The translations under genes were made by a program, and so were the position numbers. Below are positions 27,559-31,806 of a stretch of DNA of 31,806 nt, piece after piece. Each line of letters begins with the position of its first letter. The first letter of the stretch is position 1. Source of the stretch: an uncultured Lentimicrobiaceae bacterium (GTDB lineage: Bacteria; Bacteroidota; Bacteroidia; Bacteroidales; WCHB1-69); assembly GCA_964471715.1 (NCBI GenBank), contig CAYYHC010000002.1, positions 1 through 31,806 of the forward strand. Reading direction: 5' to 3'. The notes under the pieces were generated by a model that did not search any database, was not told the DNA's origin, and saw only the letters and a list, made by a program, of their open reading frames with translations.

Positions 27559-28002
27559 ATGGAAAACAAAGAAGTATCAGAAAACGAAATGGTGTTCAAT
27601 TTCGACATCAAAAGGTATTTATTGGAAACAGCAAAATGGGGTAAGTTTATGGCCATACTAGGCTTTATCGGTTTGGCTGTCATGCTCATCATGTCACTAT
27701 TGATGTTGATTGGAGTGTCTTTTTTAGACTCATTATTCAAAACAGTGCCGATGTTTGTATTCGGTTTGATGTATTTGATCTTTACCGTTCTATACTTTTT
27801 TCCAACCACCTATTTATACCGTTTTTCCAAAAAAATCAAACAGGGTGTGCTTACCGATGATGAGGCGGTTATGACAAACGGTTTCAATCATCTTAAAAAC
27901 TTGTTCCGGTTTATGGGAATTTTGATGATTGTCATGCTTTCCATGTATGCATTGATCGCACTCATTGCAGTGCCGTCTGTCTTATTTGCCCGGTTTGCTT
28001 GA
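27559..28002 (+). CDS. DUF5362-like membrane protein
   Basis: YLLETAKWGKFMAILGF; three TM segments. Confidence 0.7.
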   Translation: MENKEVSENEMVFNFDIKRYLLETAKWGKFMAILGFIGLAVMLIMSLLMLIGVSFLDSLFKTVPMFVFGLMYLIFTVLYFFPTTYLYRFSKKIKQGVLTDDEAVMTNGFNHLKNLFRFMGILMIVMLSMYALIALIAVPSVLFARFA

Positions 28003-28069
28003 AACATCGATTCAACAGGAAGCCCGTTCGAATGAATGGAGATAGAACAACAACTCCAAAAAACAAACA

Positions 28070-28504
28070 ATGAAGAATCTGCTGCGTTTACTGTTTAGCT
28101 CAGGCAACTACACGATGCCTGTTTCTCTCTCATTGTTGCTTGTTCGGCTTGTTGTGGGCGCTTTTATGCTGACACACGGCTATGGCAAACTGGTCATCTT
28201 ATTGGGAGAGGGTCCGGTACAATTTGCCGATCCCATAGGAATTGGAATGACTGCTTCGTTGGTATTGGCTGTATTTGCCGAGTTTTTCTGCTCGTTGTTC
28301 CTGATCATTGGTTTCGCAACGCGGCTTTCAACCATACCCTTGCTGGTCACCATGCTGGTGGCTGCTTTTGTAGTGCATACCAGCGATGGTTTCGGTAAAC
28401 AGGAATTGCCCTTGTTGTATGCGAGTATTTATGGTATGGTTGCATTGGCGGGTGCCGGTAACGTTTCCGTTGATTACTGGATATCATCCAAATCAGGTTG
28501 GTAG
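28070..28504 (+). CDS. DoxX-family membrane protein
   Basis: LLVRLVVGAFMLTHGYGK; AEFFCSLFLIIGFATR; GAGNVSVD. Confidence 0.9.
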   Translation: MKNLLRLLFSSGNYTMPVSLSLLLVRLVVGAFMLTHGYGKLVILLGEGPVQFADPIGIGMTASLVLAVFAEFFCSLFLIIGFATRLSTIPLLVTMLVAAFVVHTSDGFGKQELPLLYASIYGMVALAGAGNVSVDYWISSKSGW

Positions 28505-28655
28505 CGATGCCATCCGCCGTCTTTATCGGGGGATGGGTGTGATTTCGGTGAAGTCATAAAAAACGCTAAAAATTAGTTGGGGAATACAACTTTTCAGGTG
28601 CTTGTCAGTCAAACCGTCTGATGTGTTTTCCATCTACTTTACGTCTACTATCAAC

Positions 28656-31187
28656 ATGAAACGAATTGTCCTATTATCACTGGGGTTGATGCTGCTTGGT
28701 GCAATCGAAGCAGTTTTTTGCCAGGATCTAAAAATCAACGATCTGGAGTATTTTGAGAAGCAAGGCGTCAATGTGCTGGTTTACAGCAACCTGTTTAGCG
28801 GAGGCTTCAACGATGAAAAAAACGCCGGTATCGAATTGATCCACCACGGCGTGCGAACCGCTCAGGGTGGTGCCGTTCGGCTTGCCAATACGCCTGAGCA
28901 ATGGGATTTGGTGCCAACCATTTCCAACCGGAAAGTCAACCGCGTTGCCAATTCCATCGAGGCCACCATGCGGTTTGCCGATTATGATTTTGACTCACGC
29001 GTGGTGGTGACCGCCAAAGGCAAAGGGGTGGAGATTTCCATTTACCTGGATAAGCCTGTTCCTGCTTTTTTGGTTGGAAAAGCCGGTTTTAATCTGGAAT
29101 TTCTGCCCTCCCAGTACTGGGGAAAGGCGTATCTGATGGATGGCAGTCCCAACCGCTTTCCTCGCTACGTAGTGGGTACCACGACAACTCAACCCAACAG
29201 CGAAAAGCTAAAGCAATTCAAGGGTTACAATACCTCCGACGACAGGGGAACAGGCCGGTTCATCGATCCGCTTCCGCTCAAAATAGGACGCAGTATCTTG
29301 ATGGCTCCCGATGAGCCCGAACGGATGGTGAAAATAACGTCTCAGGATGCAGATCTGATGCTGTTCGACGGACGTATCCTGGCCCAAAACGGTTGGTTTG
29401 TAGTACGCAGTTTGTTGCCTGCCGGAAAAACCGGCAAGGTGTTGACTTGGACCGTTGAAGCCAATGCCATCAATGGTTGGATGCGCGAACCCAATGTGGG
29501 TTTCTCGCAGGTGGGTTACCAACCATCGCAACCTAAGGTAGCTGTGATTGAACTTGATAAGAAAGATAAACCGTTGGCCAAGGCTTCCCTCTTCAAAATC
29601 GGTGAAGACGGTACTGAAACGGAAGTGTTCAGCGGTAATGTGGTTTCCTGGGGGGACTACTACAAATACCACTACGTGAAATTTGACTTTACTTCGGTTA
29701 AAACGCCCGGCATCTATTTCATTCAGTACGGGAAGGTTAAAACAAACAACTTTCTGATTGACAAGAGTGTGTATGAGCAGATAACCGATGCCACCAGTGA
29801 TGTATGGGTGCCCATCCACATGAACCACATGAAGGTACGGGAGGGGTACAGGATTTGGCACGGTGAACCGTTTATTGAAGGATACCGTCAGGCACCTCCG
29901 AGCACCGACCACTTTGACCTGCACAGTCAGGGACCCACCACGGATACCAAATTCAAAGCGCTGGAATTGATTCCAGGTTTAAACGTGGGTGGCTATTTCG
30001 ACGCCGGTGACTTCGACATTGAAACCGAATCGAACATCAACGTGGTACAGAATTTTGTCCGTACCTGGGAATACTTCAAACCCCTGCGCGACCAGACCTT
30101 CGTCGACGAGAAGCAACGATACGTCGAGCTCCATCGCCCGGATGGCAAACCCGACATCTTGCAATTTATCGAACACGGTGTGTTGAATTTGTTGGCACAA
30201 GCCGAAATCATCGGCCACATGTCGCAGGCTCTTTCGAATTCGGTGCTGTTCAATTACCACCACCTGGGTGATGCGGCCTCACTGACAGACGGCCTTCCCT
30301 ACAACCCTGAACTGGGACGGTATGAAGTGGCTGCCGACGGCAAATCGAGTGGCTTTAACGATGATATGTGGGCGTTTACCACCCGCAATCGCGGCCGCGA
30401 CCAACAGGCTGCCACCATGTTTGCTGCCGCCAGCCGTGCCTTGAAAGGGTACAACGATGACCTGGCTGCCAGGGCCTTGGCCCAGTCGAAACGACTTACG
30501 CAGGAAGCTTCGGCACCGGCCGCCAACCAAACCGCTATGCGTGCGGGCAGGGGAGCTGGAGGGGGCGATGTGGCCACCAATTTGCAACTCTATATTTCAA
30601 CTGGTGAGCAGCAGTACCTGGATAAATACCAGGAACAAATCTGGACCTCGTTAGACCGTGGCGTCAACAACAACCTGCTGACAGCGTTGAATGCCATACC
30701 GCATTTGCCGGCTTCCTATAAGGAAAAGCTCAAACCGTATGTGGTGAAATACAAAGAATACGTCGAAAGCCTGGAAAAAGAAAATCCCTACGGTGTACCC
30801 ATCGGTACAGGCAACTGGGCGGGTAACGGTGGCATTGTCAGCTTTGGTACCACGGTTTGCTTTGCCAGCAAGTACTTCCCGGAAATTGTGGATAAGAGAC
30901 ACGCGTACAAGGTGACCGATTATTTGTATGGCTGTCACCCGTACCACAATTACTCCCTGGTGGCTACGCTGGGTGCCACCCGTCCCAAGGCTGTATTCTA
31001 CGGCAACAACCGGGCCGACTTTTCCTTCATTCCTGGCAATATGGCACCCGGTCTGTTGTTCCGGAAACCCGACCACTTTGAGAACTACGATGACTGGCCT
31101 TTCCTGTGGGGGCAAAACGAAGGTACGATTGCCGGAAATACCAGCTATGTAATTTTCGGATCGGCGTTTAAAGATTTGGTAGATTAA
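28656..31187 (+). CDS. Glycoside hydrolase family 9 with N-terminal extension and Ig-like domain
   Basis: Signal peptide; VGFSQVGYQPSQPKVAV Ig-like start; GGYFDAGD; GCHP; QNEGTI catalytic Glu region. Confidence 0.85.
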   Translation: MKRIVLLSLGLMLLGAIEAVFCQDLKINDLEYFEKQGVNVLVYSNLFSGGFNDEKNAGIELIHHGVRTAQGGAVRLANTPEQWDLVPTISNRKVNRVANSIEATMRFADYDFDSRVVVTAKGKGVEISIYLDKPVPAFLVGKAGFNLEFLPSQYWGKAYLMDGSPNRFPRYVVGTTTTQPNSEKLKQFKGYNTSDDRGTGRFIDPLPLKIGRSILMAPDEPERMVKITSQDADLMLFDGRILAQNGWFVVRSLLPAGKTGKVLTWTVEANAINGWMREPNVGFSQVGYQPSQPKVAVIELDKKDKPLAKASLFKIGEDGTETEVFSGNVVSWGDYYKYHYVKFDFTSVKTPGIYFIQYGKVKTNNFLIDKSVYEQITDATSDVWVPIHMNHMKVREGYRIWHGEPFIEGYRQAPPSTDHFDLHSQGPTTDTKFKALELIPGLNVGGYFDAGDFDIETESNINVVQNFVRTWEYFKPLRDQTFVDEKQRYVELHRPDGKPDILQFIEHGVLNLLAQAEIIGHMSQALSNSVLFNYHHLGDAASLTDGLPYNPELGRYEVAADGKSSGFNDDMWAFTTRNRGRDQQAATMFAAASRALKGYNDDLAARALAQSKRLTQEASAPAANQTAMRAGRGAGGGDVATNLQLYISTGEQQYLDKYQEQIWTSLDRGVNNNLLTALNAIPHLPASYKEKLKPYVVKYKEYVESLEKENPYGVPIGTGNWAGNGGIVSFGTTVCFASKYFPEIVDKRHAYKVTDYLYGCHPYHNYSLVATLGATRPKAVFYGNNRADFSFIPGNMAPGLLFRKPDHFENYDDWPFLWGQNEGTIAGNTSYVIFGSAFKDLVD

Positions 31188-31201
31188 TTCATTATCTTAG
31201 T

Positions 31202-31240
31202 GTCGTGTTGAGTCTGTTTGGATTCAACACGACTTTTTTT
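31202..31240 (+). terminator. Rho-independent terminator
   Basis: gtcgtgttgagtc / gattcaacacgac 13-bp stem followed by T7. Confidence 0.85.
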
Positions 31241-31288
31241 ATACCAACGAGTGATCCGGAATCATTTATATACAAACGTTGTCAGATT

Positions 31289-31806
31289 ATGAACACTCAT
31301 CAAACCTGCAAGGACATAGATGCGTATCATGCCCTTCAACCTGTTGAATTCCGGGAGATGTTGGAACAACTGCGTCAAGCCATAAGGCAGGCGGCACCCA
31401 CAGCAACCGAGACAATCAGCTACGGAATGCCTGCCTTTAAGCAAAACAGCGTGTTGGTCTATTACGCATTGAATAAGAAGCACATCGGTTTTTACCCGAC
31501 GCCCAATCCCATAGAGCATTTCAAAAAGGAACTGCAATCCTTCAAAACATCAAAAGGGGCCATTCAATTTCCAATAGACAAGCCATTGCCCTTACCCTTG
31601 ATTCAAAAGATGGTAAGATTTAGGTTGGAGGAAGACGCTCAACGAGCAACCGTTTCTGTCTTGTCCGGTGTTGTTCACGACATACCAACAGATATGGAAC
31701 AGGTGTTGAAAACCGATAGCGGTTTGCTGGAACGTTGGAACAACCTAACACCCATCCAACGCAACGAATGGATTTGCTGGGTGACCAGTGTCAAGAAACC
31801 GGAAAC
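31289..31806 (+). CDS. DUF1801 (YdhG-like) domain fused to YdeI/OmpD-associated domain, partial
   Basis: Read manually (absent from the ORF track): ETISYGMPAF...HIGFYP...KTSKGAIQFP, then LTPIQRNEWICWVTSVKKPE; open to the window end. Confidence 0.85.
   Translation, partial: MNTHQTCKDIDAYHALQPVEFREMLEQLRQAIRQAAPTATETISYGMPAFKQNSVLVYYALNKKHIGFYPTPNPIEHFKKELQSFKTSKGAIQFPIDKPLPLPLIQKMVRFRLEEDAQRATVSVLSGVVHDIPTDMEQVLKTDSGLLERWNNLTPIQRNEWICWVTSVKKPE

Noticed and set aside
24023-31115. Numerous antisense or overlapping ORFs within GC-richer genes (e.g. 29208..29924, 25558..26094)
   Set aside because: They are shadow frames of well-supported genes and carry no recognisable motifs.
31262-31285. tatatacaaacgttgtc as an attC right end
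   Set aside because: No left arm is visible, and the upstream hairpin is a terminator.
1-31806. Integrase, transposase, tRNA or rRNA genes
   Set aside because: No tyrosine-recombinase or DDE motifs and no structural RNA patterns were recognised.

Overview
Bacteroidota-type chromosomal window (TAnnTTTG promoter boxes, AT-rich leaders without obvious SD motifs, Bacteroidota-style LepB, GH29 and GH9). The left ~15.7 kb is an array of unrelated, co-oriented, mostly AT-rich genes separated by 61-87 bp imperfect inverted repeats of the form ...AAC-(5-6 nt)-L''...L'-(6 nt)-GTT.... These look like integron attC sites. The 10-15 nt starting at the GTT upstream of a gene complement the sequence ending in AAC downstream of the same gene better than the AAC in their own repeat. 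This is the signature of cassettes that were circular and were inserted by recombination at G/TT. The sites look non-canonical: the L boxes pair 7:7 with an invariant central A/C mismatch instead of a bulged base. No integrase is in the window. Several cassettes are fused, truncated or pseudogenised, and attC-like remnants extend to 15.7 kb. The right half is ordinary accessory and backbone DNA: WYL regulator, LepB, SMR pump, GNAT, HAD, a 21-aa-repeat protein, DEDD exonuclease, pirin, GH29, DoxX, GH9 and a partial DUF1801 gene.
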